Below are positions 9,543-19,491 of a stretch of DNA of 64,000 nt, piece after piece. Position numbers and translations under genes: made by a program. Each line of letters opens with the position of its first letter. Position 1 is the first letter of the stretch. The DNA lies in contig CAZTXP010000146.1 in the NCBI GenBank assembly GCA_964617355.1, forward strand, positions 6,371 through 70,370, written 5' to 3'. The notes beneath the pieces were generated by a model. The model was not told where the DNA came from. It ran no database searches and was given only the letters and a program-made list of their open reading frames with translations. Origin of the DNA: an uncultured Enterobacteriaceae bacterium. Lineage in GTDB: Bacteria > Pseudomonadota > Gammaproteobacteria > Burkholderiales > SG8-39.

Positions 9543-10399
9543 CGCCCCGCTACCCGGGTGAACAAGCCCTGCGGCCGCGCGATCAGCACCACGATCATGA
9601 TGGTGTAGATCACGAACGCGCCGACCTGCGGCGCGTAGTACTTGCCCGCGACGTCGCCGATGCCGAGCAGCAGCGACGCGAGGAACGGCCCGGTGATGCT
9701 CGAGGTGCCGCCCACCGCGACCACGATCAGGAAATAGATCATGAACTTGAGCGGGAAGTGCGGGTCGAGGCCGAGGATCTCGGCGCCGAGCGCGCCGCCC
9801 AGTCCCGCAAGCCCGGAGCCGACCGCGAAGGTCAGCGCGAAGATCGTGTTCACGGGGATGCCCAGGCCGCGCGCGGTGCGCGGGTCGTCCACCGCGGCGC
9901 GCAGGCGGCTGCCGAAGCGCGTCCGGGTGAGCGCGTACTGGAGCGCGAAGGCGAGCACGCCGCAGACGCAGATGATCAGCAGGCGATAGCGGCCGATGCC
10001 CACGCCGCCGACCTCGAAGCGGCCCTCGAGCATCGCCGGCAGCTTCACGAACACCTGCTGCGAGCCCATCACGTAGTCGGTGCCGGCCACCGCCATGAAG
10101 GCGAGGCCGATGGTGAACAGCACCTGGTCGAGGTGGCTCTTGGCGTACACGTGCCGGTAGAGCGTGCGCTCGAGCACCGCGCCGACGAGCGCCGGCACGA
10201 GGAAGGCGAAGGGCAGCGCGGCGAAGAAGGGCAGCCCGGCCTTGTTGACCAGCACCACCGCGCAATAGCCACCCGCCATCGCGAAGGCGCCGTGCGCGAG
10301 GTTGACGAGGTTCATCAGCCCGAGCGTCACCGACAGCCCGCACGCGAGCACGAACAGCAGCATGCCGTAGGCGATGCCGTCGAAGAGGATCGTCAGCAC
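9539..10399 (-). CDS. livH: Branched-chain amino acid ABC transporter permease (LivH-like)
   Basis: 286 aa polytopic permease with the typical LivH N-terminus MLTILFDGIAYGMLL. Confidence 0.85.
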   Translation of the reverse strand: MLTILFDGIAYGMLLFVLACGLSVTLGLMNLVNLAHGAFAMAGGYCAVVLVNKAGLPFFAALPFAFLVPALVGAVLERTLYRHVYAKSHLDQVLFTIGLAFMAVAGTDYVMGSQQVFVKLPAMLEGRFEVGGVGIGRYRLLIICVCGVLAFALQYALTRTRFGSRLRAAVDDPRTARGLGIPVNTIFALTFAVGSGLAGLGGALGAEILGLDPHFPLKFMIYFLIVVAVGGTSSITGPFLASLLLGIGDVAGKYYAPQVGAFVIYTIMIVVLIARPQGLFTRVAGR

Positions 10400-10451
10400 G
10401 GGGGCGTTGCCTGGAGGGCGCCCGGCGCACGGCGCGCGCCGGGACCGGGGA

Positions 10452-11624
10452 TCACTTCTTCCTGGCCGCTTCCTTCGCGGGATCCTTCACCGCCTCGAAG
10501 GTCGCGAACTCGACGTTGTAGAGCTCGCCGCTGACCTTCTCGACCTTGCGGATGTAGATGTTCTGCACGATGTCGCGCGTCTCGGGGTCGATCGAGATCG
10601 GGCCGCGCGGGCTTTCCCACTTCATGCCCTTCATCGCCGCGATCAGCGCATCGCCGTCGGTGTTGCCGTTGGTCTTCTTCAGCGCCTCGAAGATCAGGTG
10701 CATGCCGTCGTAGCCGCCGACCGACATGAAGTTGGGGCGCAGGTTGCTGTGCATCTTCCTGAACGCGGCGACGTAGTCCTTGTTCTTCTGCGACGGGTGC
10801 GCAGCGGAATACAGGTGCGCGGTCACCGCGCCGAGCACCGCGTCGCCCATGCCATTCAGCAGGTCGTCGTCGGTGACGTCGCCCGGGCCGATCAGCTTGA
10901 TGCCCGCCTTGTCCAGGCCGCGCTCGGCGTACTGCTTGGCGAAGGTGCCGCCTTGCCCGGAGGGCACGAAGACGAAGATCGCCTCGGGCGAGGCGTCGCG
11001 CGCGCGCTGCAGGAAGGGCGCGAAGTCGGGGTTGGCGAGCGGCACCTTGAGTTCGGCCACCAGCTGGCCGCCGGCCTTGGTGTACGCCTCCTTGAAGGAG
11101 TTGAGCGCGTCGGCGCCCGGCGCGAAATCCGAGACCAGCGCGGCGACCTTCTTGATGCCGTTCTTCGCCGCCCAGTCGGCGATCACCACCGACGACTGCG
11201 GCAGCGTGAAGCTGGTGCGCACGATGTACGGCGAGCGCTCGGTGATGATCGACGTGCCGGCGGCCATCACCACCTGCGGCACCTTCGCCTGCGTGGCGAG
11301 CGGCGCGGCGGCAAGCGCGGCCGGCGTCACGCCGAAGCCGGCGATGAAGTGCACCTTGTCGTTGACGATCAGTTCCTGCGCGATGCGCTTGGTGTTGTCG
11401 GGGACCGCGCCGTCGTCCTTGACGATGACCTCGATCTTCTTGCCGGCCACCGTGGTGCCGTTCTGCGCGAGGTACAGCTTCACCGCGGCGTCGATCTGCT
11501 TGCCGGTGGAGGCCTGCGGGCCGGTCATCGGCAGGATCAGGCCCACCTTGACCTGCGCCACGGCGGCGCCCGAGATGCACAGGCCGGCGGCGAGCGCGGC
11601 CAGCAGGGATTTGCGTGCGTACAT
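10452..11624 (-). CDS. Branched-chain amino acid ABC transporter periplasmic substrate-binding protein (LivK/J family)
   Basis: ATG at 11622..11624 after GGAGGAGG. Signal peptide MYARKSLLAALAAGLCISGAAVA. Type I periplasmic binding fold. Confidence 0.85.
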   Translation of the reverse strand: MYARKSLLAALAAGLCISGAAVAQVKVGLILPMTGPQASTGKQIDAAVKLYLAQNGTTVAGKKIEVIVKDDGAVPDNTKRIAQELIVNDKVHFIAGFGVTPAALAAAPLATQAKVPQVVMAAGTSIITERSPYIVRTSFTLPQSSVVIADWAAKNGIKKVAALVSDFAPGADALNSFKEAYTKAGGQLVAELKVPLANPDFAPFLQRARDASPEAIFVFVPSGQGGTFAKQYAERGLDKAGIKLIGPGDVTDDDLLNGMGDAVLGAVTAHLYSAAHPSQKNKDYVAAFRKMHSNLRPNFMSVGGYDGMHLIFEALKKTNGNTDGDALIAAMKGMKWESPRGPISIDPETRDIVQNIYIRKVEKVSGELYNVEFATFEAVKDPAKEAARKK

Positions 11625-11812
11625 GCGGTCCTCCTCCAGGATTCCGGCACCCTCCCCGGGGCCGGCCCGGAAGGATGCCGCTTGCGACCCAAAAAGGGAA
11701 GCGGCCGTCATGCTCCGGCAAGGGTCGCAAGGCGGGCGCAAGGGCCGGGTCAGGGGCAGGCAAGGGCCGCCTGCGAGCATCGGGCTTCCCACACGCCACG
11801 AAAGGGCGCGCC

Positions 11813-11980
11813 ATGCACCGCTTCGCCACCGGATTCCTGCTCGCTTCGCTCAGTTCCGCCTGCTTCGCCGACAACGGCGTCAAGAAGGACATCCAGCGCC
11901 TCGGGCGCGCCAGCACGCTCATCTTCGGCGTGCTGTTCCTCGTCGCCGAGGTGGCGAGCTTCCTCGGCCTCGGCGCCTAG
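11813..11980 (+). CDS. Small hypothetical membrane/secreted protein (55 aa)
   Basis: MHRFATGFLLASLSSACFA.. with hydrophobic ends. No recognisable family. Confidence 0.3.
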   Translation: MHRFATGFLLASLSSACFADNGVKKDIQRLGRASTLIFGVLFLVAEVASFLGLGA

Positions 11981-11986
11981 CGCCGC

Positions 11987-13696
11987 CTAGGGTCGCGAGT
12001 CGCGGCAGGCCCAGCTCGCCGCGGCCTTCGGGTCGCCCGGCGGCTGTTGGCGATAGCCGTTGAAGTGCGGGTAGCCGGGGTAGCGGCACAGCGGGCGCGA
12101 GGCGAGCGTTGCGAACGGCGGCGTCGGCGCGTTCAGCACCTGCACGAGCGTGTCGGCGGGCGCCTCGGCGCGCTCGACCCAGCCTTCTAGCACCGACAGC
12201 AGGTCGACCGAGGTCGGCACGTACTCGCGCGTGGTGAGGCTCCGCCCGTGCCCGGTGTGCGTCGACGCGCTCGACGCGTAGAGGCGCAGGAAGCCCTCGA
12301 CGCGCGCCTCGCCCATCTTCTCGACCACCGACTCCCAGTAGCGCACGCCCGCCATCGGGCTCTGCGCGTAGTCGCCCATGTTCTCGCGCAGCAGGATCTT
12401 GCCGCCGCGCGCCTCGAAGGCCGAGAGATCAGGGTCGGTGGAATCCATCAGCGACGAAACCGCTTCGACGCGCGCGCGGAAGCGCACGGGGTCGTAGTTG
12501 CGCGGATCGAACTTCGCGTCGCGCGCGATGAAGTAGCGCAGCACGTTGTTGCCGTAGGTCCAGTGGATCGAGTGGCCCTTGGTCGGCGGGAACGCGGGCG
12601 GGTTCGCGCCGGTGACCCACGCGCCCAGGCCGCCCGAGACGTCCTCCACTCCCCACAACCAGCGCGGATACTCGGTCACGCCGTTCGCGTGCGGGAACGG
12701 ATACTTCAGCGGTTCGTGCATCGAGGCCACGGCGCGCAGCTGCAGGTCGGACAGGCACGCCGGGCCGGTGTCGCGCCCGCCTTCGCAGCGCAGCTTCGCC
12801 GGGTCGAAGATCGCCGCGCACGCGTGGTAATTGTTCACCACGCCGTCGGCGAGGCCGTCGAGGCCGTCGCACGCGGTGGTCACTGCCCGGCCGAGCAGCG
12901 CGACCTTCTCCGGCGGCAGCCAGCCGCCTTCGAGTTGCGCGCGCTGGCTCGGCTGGTAGGCGTGCATCAGGCCGACCCAGTTCACCACCGGCACCACGCT
13001 CACCACGCCGTCGAAGTCCCGCGGGTAGCGTTGCGCCATGGTGAGTCCCTCGCGCCCGCCTTCCGAACCACCGAAGAAATACACGCGCGCTGGCGCACGG
13101 CCGTAGAAGCGCGCCGCGACCGCCACGGCGACGTCGCGTACCTTCTTGTACGACGCGTGCGCGAAGTTCACCAGCGCCTCGTCGTTCAGCGCCCAGGCGC
13201 CGATCTCGGTCGGCGCGTAGTCGGTAGTGCGATGGCCCGAATCGGTGCCGTAGGTGAGGTAGCCGCGCTCCAGCGGCGTCGGCGATCCCGCGGGCGCGTC
13301 GCGCAGCGGTGCGAGGCCGGAGATCACCACGCCGTTCAGCCCGCCGCCGCCGTACTGCAGCGCCTTGCCGTTCCACGCCAGGGGCAGGTTGATCTGGAAG
13401 CGGATCGGCGGCGCGGCCGGGTCGGTCGGCGGCAGTTCGCCGAGCAGGCGGCAGTTCGCGGGGGTGGCGGACTCGAGGTTGCCGCCGGCCTTCACGGCGA
13501 GCGGCGAGGCGAGGATGCGCTCGGCCGACGTGATCGTCGCGCCGCGGCTCGGCAGCCCGATCTCCGGGGCGGGGACCGTCGCGCCCTTCAGCGTCGCGCA
13601 CGCGGCGCTGAGTTCCTCCGGAGACGGCACGGAGGCGCAGCCCGCGAGCGCCATCGCCGCGATCGCCATCATCCGCATCGCGGCAGGACGGCGCAT
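11987..13696 (-). CDS. Tannase/feruloyl-esterase family alpha/beta hydrolase lipoprotein
   Basis: Lipobox MAIAAMALAGC, GGSEGG serine motif, and the Cys-rich tannase-family lid region. ATG at 13694..13696. Confidence 0.8.
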   Translation of the reverse strand: MRRPAAMRMMAIAAMALAGCASVPSPEELSAACATLKGATVPAPEIGLPSRGATITSAERILASPLAVKAGGNLESATPANCRLLGELPPTDPAAPPIRFQINLPLAWNGKALQYGGGGLNGVVISGLAPLRDAPAGSPTPLERGYLTYGTDSGHRTTDYAPTEIGAWALNDEALVNFAHASYKKVRDVAVAVAARFYGRAPARVYFFGGSEGGREGLTMAQRYPRDFDGVVSVVPVVNWVGLMHAYQPSQRAQLEGGWLPPEKVALLGRAVTTACDGLDGLADGVVNNYHACAAIFDPAKLRCEGGRDTGPACLSDLQLRAVASMHEPLKYPFPHANGVTEYPRWLWGVEDVSGGLGAWVTGANPPAFPPTKGHSIHWTYGNNVLRYFIARDAKFDPRNYDPVRFRARVEAVSSLMDSTDPDLSAFEARGGKILLRENMGDYAQSPMAGVRYWESVVEKMGEARVEGFLRLYASSASTHTGHGRSLTTREYVPTSVDLLSVLEGWVERAEAPADTLVQVLNAPTPPFATLASRPLCRYPGYPHFNGYRQQPPGDPKAAASWACRDSRP

Positions 13697-14070
13697 CACG
13701 GTTGCGGCTTCGCGGCCGGCTTCTCCGGCTCCGCCGAGGGCAGCTTGCAGTTCGTGAACGTCGCGGGCGGGTCCTGCAGCTTCGCCTGGTTGCCGTCGAG
13801 CTCCAGCACGACGTTGCCGATGCCGTAGCGCTGGCTGCCTTCCGCGCCGATGCGCGCCAGGCGTACCTCGCGATCGGGCGCGATCAGCCACACCGTGGTG
13901 GCGTCGACGCGGCGCACCCAGAAGCGGCGATTGCCGTCGCAGCGGTACTCGGTGGCGCCGCCCATGTCGCGGCGCACTTCGCCCGGGCCGCTCGAGGAGA
14001 ACGGGTTCAGGTTCATGCTGCAGCCGGCGGCGAGCGCGGCGACGACGGCGAGCGAGATGCGTGGGGTCAT
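13696..14070 (-). CDS. Small lipoprotein, MliC-like (membrane-bound lysozyme inhibitor fold) candidate
   Basis: Lipobox LAAGCS with two conserved Cys (YRCDG..TNCKLP). Stop overlaps the next start (ATGA). Confidence 0.55.
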   Translation of the reverse strand: MTPRISLAVVAALAAGCSMNLNPFSSSGPGEVRRDMGGATEYRCDGNRRFWVRRVDATTVWLIAPDREVRLARIGAEGSQRYGIGNVVLELDGNQAKLQDPPATFTNCKLPSAEPEKPAAKPQP

Positions 14071-14303
14071 GCGGGGCTTTCCGATGCGGGGATGCGCGAG
14101 TGTACGCCGGCGCGGCCGGCGTCGTGCACGCGCGACGCCCGAAACCGCAAGCGGATCAGCGGCTTTCGGGATCCGTGGCATTCGTCGTCGCCGCGACGCG
14201 ACGGATCGCGCGCGCAGGCCGGCACGGTTCTCCTCTGCGCGGCGCCCTGGCACGGCGATTGCACGGAGGGAGGCAACGCCTTCAATCGAAGAAGAGGTCG
14301 ACC

Positions 14304-14537
14304 ATGGAACCGAAGCAACGCATCCTGTCCGTGCTCGTGCTGGCCGTCGCGCTTGCGGGTTGCGCCGCGCGGCCGACCAAGCAGGAAGTCGGTGCCGTCA
14401 CCGGCGCAGTCGTGGGCGGCGTGGTGGGCACCGCCGTGACCGGCAGCACGCTCGGCACCGCGGCCGGCGCGGGCGCCGGCGCGTATCTCGGCGGGCAGAT
14501 CGGCCGCGATCTCGACCGCGGCCGTCGCTGGTATTAG
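14304..14537 (+). CDS. Glycine-zipper (YMGG-like) small lipoprotein
   Basis: Lipobox LAGCA followed by GxxxG repeats (GAVTGAVVGGVVGTAVTG). Confidence 0.6.
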   Translation: MEPKQRILSVLVLAVALAGCAARPTKQEVGAVTGAVVGGVVGTAVTGSTLGTAAGAGAGAYLGGQIGRDLDRGRRWY

Positions 14538-14539
14538 CG

Positions 14540-15499
14540 CTACTCGACCTTCGCGCCCGAGGCCTTCACCACCTTGCCCCACTTCTCGATCTCGCGCTCG
14601 ATCAGCTTGCCGAACTCGGCGGGGCTCATCGGGCGCGGGATCGCACCCTGCGCGTCGAAGCGCGAACGCACGTCGGGCAGGGCGAGGACCTTGTTGGTCT
14701 CGGCATTGACGCGCTGGATCACGTCGGCAGGCGTGCCCGTGGGCATCATGATGCCGAACCACGCCGAGGCCTCGTAGCCGGGCACGCCGGCCTCGGCCAC
14801 CGTCGGCGCGTCGGGCAGAGAAGCCTGCCGCGTGGCGGTCGTCACCGCGAGCGCGCGCAGCTTGCCGCTCTTGATGTGCGGCATGGCCGCGGGCAGGTTG
14901 TCGAACATCACCGACACCTGCCCGCCGATGAGATCCGTCAGCGCCGCCGCGCTGCCCTTGTACGGCACGTGGATGATGTCCACGCTGGTCAGCATCTTGA
15001 AGAGTTCCGCCGACAGGTGGATGGTGGTGCCGGCCCCCGAGGACGCGAAGTTCACCTTGCCCGGGTTGGCCTTGGCGTAGTCGATGAATTCCTTCACCGT
15101 CTTCGCCGGCACCGACGGGTTCACCACCATCACGTTCGGCACCTCCGCGACCATCGCCACCGGCACGAGGTCCTTGACGAGGTTGTAGCCGAGCTTGGTG
15201 TACAGCGTGGCGCTGATCGACTGCGCGGCGGTCACTTGCAGCCACGTGTAGCCGTCGCCGGGCGATTTCGCCACTGCCTCGGTGCCGACGTTGCCCGCGG
15301 CGCCGGCGCGGTTCTCGACCACCACCGGCTGGCCGAGGATGCCGGCGAGCTTGTCGGCCACCGCGCGCGCGGTGATGTCGGTCGCGCCCGCCGGCGGGAA
15401 CGGCACGACGTAGCGGATCGGCTTGACGGGATACTGCGCGTGCGCGGCGCCGGCGAGGGCCAGCGTCGCCATCGTCGCGGCGAACAGGGTGCGGATCAT
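14540..15499 (-). CDS. Bug/TctC-family tripartite tricarboxylate transporter substrate-binding protein (orphan)
   Basis: ATG at 15497..15499 after GGAGGAGG. Signal peptide, then the conserved QYPVKPIRYVVPFPPAGATD Bug-family N-terminus. Confidence 0.85.
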   Translation of the reverse strand: MIRTLFAATMATLALAGAAHAQYPVKPIRYVVPFPPAGATDITARAVADKLAGILGQPVVVENRAGAAGNVGTEAVAKSPGDGYTWLQVTAAQSISATLYTKLGYNLVKDLVPVAMVAEVPNVMVVNPSVPAKTVKEFIDYAKANPGKVNFASSGAGTTIHLSAELFKMLTSVDIIHVPYKGSAAALTDLIGGQVSVMFDNLPAAMPHIKSGKLRALAVTTATRQASLPDAPTVAEAGVPGYEASAWFGIMMPTGTPADVIQRVNAETNKVLALPDVRSRFDAQGAIPRPMSPAEFGKLIEREIEKWGKVVKASGAKVE

Positions 15500-15586
15500 G
15501 GTTCCTCCTCCAAGGATTCGCGCAACTCTAGCAAACGCTGGAGGGAACGCCGCACCGCTGGTCGAACCGCTATCATCGCCGCACCG

Positions 15587-16630
15587 ATGAAGACCCTGCG
15601 CGCGTCCCTGTTGCTGACCCTTGCCCTCGCCGCCTGCGGCGAGGAGTCGAAACCGCCCGCGAAGCCCGCCGCCGAGTCGAAGGGCGCCGCGCCAGCGGCC
15701 GCGCCGGTCGACACGCGCACGCCGGTCGAGAAGGCGGCGGAGTCCGGCGACGCCAAGGCGCAGGTGGCGCTCGGCGACGCCTACGCCACCGGCACCGGCT
15801 ACGACAAGAGCGCCGAGAAGGCGATCGCATGGTACGAGAAGGCGGCCGCGCAGGGCGAGCCCGACGCGATGCGCGCGCTGTCGCGCCTCTACGCGAGCGG
15901 CGACCTGCTCGAGAAGGATCCGGTGAAGGCCTTCGAGTGGCTGCGCCGCGCCGCCGACAAGGGCGGCGGCCCCGACGACGAATTGATGGTCGGCGTGATG
16001 CTGAGGAACGGCATGGGCGTCGAGAAGGACGGCGAGAAGGCCGCCGAGTGGTTCCGGAAGGCCGCGGCGCACGGCAACATCGAGGCGCAGTACTACCTCG
16101 GCGTGATGCACGGGCAGGGCGATGGCCTGCCGAAGGATGTCGCGCTCGCGGTCGAGTGGCACCAGAAGGCCGCGATGCAGGGCCATCGCTCCTCGCAGTT
16201 CAGCCTCAGCTGGTACTACGGCGAGGGCGAGGGCGTGGCGAAGGACGAGGTGCTCGCCTACGTGTGGGCGAACCTGGCCGCGGCCACCGGCAGCGAGGCG
16301 GCCGTGAAGCGACGCGACGCGCTGGAGGTGACGCTCTCTCCCGAGCAGAGGAACGAGGCGCAGCGCCTGTCGTCGAACTGGAAGAAGGGCACGCTGCCGC
16401 GGCGCCTGTCCGCCGAGGCGGCGGCGAAGCTGCCCGCGGTCGAGGAGCCTGCGCCGAAGGCGTCCGCGAAGGCGGGCGACAAGGGCGCAGACAAGGGCCG
16501 CGCCGCGCGAGAGGACAAGGCCGTATCGAAGGCGCCCGGCGGGCCGAGCCTGCCCACGGTGAAGTTGAAGCCGCCCCCGGAAGACGCGCCTTCGCCGAAC
16601 GACCTCGCCGGCCCCAAGGGCACGAAGTAG
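15587..16630 (+). CDS. Sel1-repeat (TPR-like) lipoprotein
   Basis: Lipobox LALAACG and five or more Sel1-like repeats (AxxWYxKAAxQG). Lys/Pro-rich C-terminal tail. Confidence 0.8.
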   Translation: MKTLRASLLLTLALAACGEESKPPAKPAAESKGAAPAAAPVDTRTPVEKAAESGDAKAQVALGDAYATGTGYDKSAEKAIAWYEKAAAQGEPDAMRALSRLYASGDLLEKDPVKAFEWLRRAADKGGGPDDELMVGVMLRNGMGVEKDGEKAAEWFRKAAAHGNIEAQYYLGVMHGQGDGLPKDVALAVEWHQKAAMQGHRSSQFSLSWYYGEGEGVAKDEVLAYVWANLAAATGSEAAVKRRDALEVTLSPEQRNEAQRLSSNWKKGTLPRRLSAEAAAKLPAVEEPAPKASAKAGDKGADKGRAAREDKAVSKAPGGPSLPTVKLKPPPEDAPSPNDLAGPKGTK

Positions 16631-16635
16631 CGCCG

Positions 16636-17133
16636 CTACGGCGCGCGGCCGAGGCTTTCGTCGAGCAGTTGCAGCGCGCGCCGCGCGAAGGCGAACATGT
16701 TCGCCTCGCGATCGGGCGATCCGGTCTCGAGGGTGATCGCGATTTCCACGGGCCCGGCCACCGCGAAGCACGCGTGGCCCGCGGCGTCGCCGTAGCGATT
16801 GCCGGTCGGGCCGCTCGCGCCCGTCTCGGCGAGCGCCCACGCGATGCCGAGGCGTTCGCGCGCGCGTCGCGCCAGCAACTGCGCATACGCCTCGCTCGCC
16901 GATCGCATCCCGGCCATCTCTTCCTTCGCGATCGCGGCGATCACCGCGCGCGACCGCGGCGTGTAGATCACGCCGCCGCCGATGTAGTAGCCGGAAGCGC
17001 CCGGCACCGCGACCAGCGCGGCATTGATCAATCCGCCCGCCGAGGACTCGGACACGGCGATGGTCTCCTTGCGGGCGACGAGCTTCGCGCCACAGGCGGC
17101 GGCGAGTTGCACCAGTTCGTGGAAGTCGTTCAT
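16636..17133 (-). CDS. pncC: CinA C-terminal domain protein / NMN amidohydrolase PncC-like
   Basis: 166 aa. TIAVSESSAGG matches the PncC TxAxAESCTGG core. ATG at 17131..17133. Confidence 0.7.
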   Translation of the reverse strand: MNDFHELVQLAAACGAKLVARKETIAVSESSAGGLINAALVAVPGASGYYIGGGVIYTPRSRAVIAAIAKEEMAGMRSASEAYAQLLARRARERLGIAWALAETGASGPTGNRYGDAAGHACFAVAGPVEIAITLETGSPDREANMFAFARRALQLLDESLGRAP

Positions 17134-17134
17134 C

Positions 17135-17968
17135 TCAGAGCATCTCCAGCGGGCGCGCCTTCCTCGGCGGCGGGAAGGCAGCGTCCAGTTCGGCGAGTTG
17201 CGCCGCATCGAGGCGGATCTCGCGGGCGCGCAGGTTCTCGGCCATGCGAGCGGGGCTGCCGCTCTTCGGGATCGCGATCACGTCGTCCTTCGCCAGCAGC
17301 CAGGCGAGGGACGCCTGCGCGGGCGTCATGCCGTGGCGCGCGCAGAACGCGCGCAGGCCCGCCTGCGAGAAGAGCCGCGCCTGCTCCAGCGGCGAGTAGG
17401 CCATCACAGGGACCTTTCGTTCGCGCAGCCACGGCAGCAGGTCGAACTCGATGCCGCGGCGCGAGAGGTTGTAGAGCAGCTGGTTGGTCGCGGTCGCGGC
17501 GCCGCCGGCGAGCGGCCACCACTCCTGCATGTCGGCGAGGTCGAGGTTGCTGACGCCGTAGTGGCGGATCTTGCCGGCGGCCTGCAGCGCGACCAGCGCC
17601 TCGAGCGTGTCCTCGAAGGCCTCTCCGCCGCGCCAGTGCAGCAGGTAGAGGTCGATGCGATCCGTCTTCAGGCGTCGCAGGCTGCGCTCGCACGCCGCCG
17701 CGGTGCCGCGCCGGCTCGCGTTCTCGGGCAGCACCTTGGTGACGAGGAACACCTCGTCGCGCCGCCCCGCGATCGCCTCGGCGACCAGTTCCTCCGAGCG
17801 GCCGCTGCCGTACATCTCGGCGGTATCGACGAGCGTCGCGCCCGCGTCGAGCCCGGCTCGCAGCGCGGCGAGTTCCTCGGCGCGCGCAGACGCGCGATCG
17901 CCCATGTTCCAGGTGCCGAGGCCGAACGCGGGCACGCGCTCGCCCGAAGGCAGGGTGACGGTCTTCAT
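17135..17968 (-). CDS. Aldo/keto reductase
   Basis: 277 aa. AKR signatures GLGTWNMG.., ..DTAEMYG.., ..IGVSN... ATG at 17966..17968. Confidence 0.85.
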   Translation of the reverse strand: MKTVTLPSGERVPAFGLGTWNMGDRASARAEELAALRAGLDAGATLVDTAEMYGSGRSEELVAEAIAGRRDEVFLVTKVLPENASRRGTAAACERSLRRLKTDRIDLYLLHWRGGEAFEDTLEALVALQAAGKIRHYGVSNLDLADMQEWWPLAGGAATATNQLLYNLSRRGIEFDLLPWLRERKVPVMAYSPLEQARLFSQAGLRAFCARHGMTPAQASLAWLLAKDDVIAIPKSGSPARMAENLRAREIRLDAAQLAELDAAFPPPRKARPLEML

Positions 17969-17997
17969 GTCGCAGCCGATCCCGTGGGGAAGGGCGG

Positions 17998-19398
17998 CTA
18001 TTGTCGCGCAGGCGGGGTGGGATCGGCGGCGCCGTCGAGCGTGAAGCGCACGAGGAAGCTGCGCGACTCGGTGGACGCCACGTCGAGGTCGCCGCCGTGG
18101 CGCTCGGCGATGCGGCGGGCGATGGCGAGCCAGAGCGCCTCGGCTTCCTTGCGCGCACGGCGCTCGGGGGTGTGCGACACCGAGCGCTGGCGGCGGTCTT
18201 CGGCGTCGGACTGCCGATGCAGGTAGTAGAACATCCGGCCGTCCTGGGAGCCACGGCCCAGGCGCAGCACCGGCTCGGGCTCGGGATCGTCGGCGCGCAT
18301 CGCGGCCGAGAGCAGGTGCTCGAGGAGTGCCTGCAGCAGCAGCGGGTCGCCGTGCGCCTCGAGCCGGGATTCGATCTCCAGTCGCGCGCGTTGCTGCAGC
18401 GAAGGGGACCACGCGCGCGCGGCGGCCTCGCGCGCCAGCGCGCCGAGGTCGAGGTTCTCGCGCCGCAGCGCGTGGCGCCCGACTTCGCCGAGTTCGCGCA
18501 GCGCGGTGCACAGCGCATCGAGGCGCGCGAGCGCGGCGGCGACCTCGGGGTCGGCGGCGGTCGCGGTGAGGTCGTGCAGGCGGCGCACCGCGGCCTCGAA
18601 GTCGTCCGAGAGCGTGCGCTGGATCGCGTCCGATACGCGGCGCAACTCGTCGGCTTCGCGTGCCCGCGCCGTGGCGCGGGCGGAAAGTTCCGCGTTGGTG
18701 CCCGCGAGGCGGCTGGCGGCTTGCTCTCTGGCCGCGTGCGCCTCGCGCAGTGCGTCGGCCGTCGCGCGATTGGCCTGCGCGTCCGCGGCGAGGCGGCCGG
18801 CCTCGGCGAGCACGCGTCGCTGGTAGGCGAGGCCCCCCACCAGCGTGCCGGTGCACGCGGCGATCGCGCCGACGAGGTAGTTGAAGTTGCCGCCGGTGGC
18901 GAGGAAGGCGTGCATGCCGCCGATGCGGCCGGTTTCTTCCGCGGCGTAGAGCCCGCCGAGCGCGGCGAGCGTGAGCAGGTACACGATGATGGCGAAGGCG
19001 CTGCCGAAGAACAGCATCGCGTACAGCAGGCAAGGCAGGTAGAGCAGCACCATCGCCGAATGCATGCCGTAGCCGCTGTGCAGGCAGTAGAAGGTGGTGC
19101 ACAGCCAGATCGTGCCCAGCAACATCGCGCCGGCGGTGTCCCACATGCCGCGGCGGGCGAGCACGATGCACGCGAGCGAGATGCCGAGGATCACCAGCAA
19201 GGTGGCGATGCGCACCCAGTTGATCGCGCCGCGCGTCAGCCAGTCGGCGAGGGTCACCGCCGGCAGCGCCGCGACGCACACGCCGGCGGCGACGCGATAG
19301 ATCAGCGTGTCGCCGGCGAACATGGCGAGGCGCGGCGGCCTGGCGCCGGGCGCGAGCGCGCCCTCCAGCTTCGTCGCGAGCGAGCCGTTATCGTTCAT
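17998..19398 (-). CDS. Membrane sensor histidine kinase (orphan, no adjacent response regulator)
   Basis: Multiple N-terminal TM helices, a coiled-coil, and a C-terminal HATPase_c G2 box (LAIARRIAERHGGDL). ATG at 19396..19398. The long upstream ORF extension was rejected. Confidence 0.7.
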   Translation of the reverse strand: MNDNGSLATKLEGALAPGARPPRLAMFAGDTLIYRVAAGVCVAALPAVTLADWLTRGAINWVRIATLLVILGISLACIVLARRGMWDTAGAMLLGTIWLCTTFYCLHSGYGMHSAMVLLYLPCLLYAMLFFGSAFAIIVYLLTLAALGGLYAAEETGRIGGMHAFLATGGNFNYLVGAIAACTGTLVGGLAYQRRVLAEAGRLAADAQANRATADALREAHAAREQAASRLAGTNAELSARATARAREADELRRVSDAIQRTLSDDFEAAVRRLHDLTATAADPEVAAALARLDALCTALRELGEVGRHALRRENLDLGALAREAAARAWSPSLQQRARLEIESRLEAHGDPLLLQALLEHLLSAAMRADDPEPEPVLRLGRGSQDGRMFYYLHRQSDAEDRRQRSVSHTPERRARKEAEALWLAIARRIAERHGGDLDVASTESRSFLVRFTLDGAADPTPPARQ

Positions 19399-19491
19399 GG
19401 CGCGTGTATCGGGCAAGGCACGTGCAAAGGCTAACGCGACGAGGGCTTCGATCGGGGTGCATGCAGGCGTGAATCTTGACGTTATATCCGG

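Noticed and set aside
8532-10430. 632 aa ORF apparently fusing livM with upstream sequence
   Set aside because: The upstream 296 codons are out-of-frame read-through of livH. livM starts at ATG 9542 overlapping the livH stop.
13850-16630. 926 aa plus-strand ORF
   Set aside because: An Arg/Ala-rich GC-shadow frame. The real genes are the minus-strand TctC (14540..15499) and the plus-strand Sel1 lipoprotein from 15587.
17135-19279. 714 aa ORF extending the aldo/keto reductase N-terminally across the histidine kinase gene
   Set aside because: The extension is R/P/A-rich shadow sequence. The AKR begins at MKTVTLPSGE (17968).
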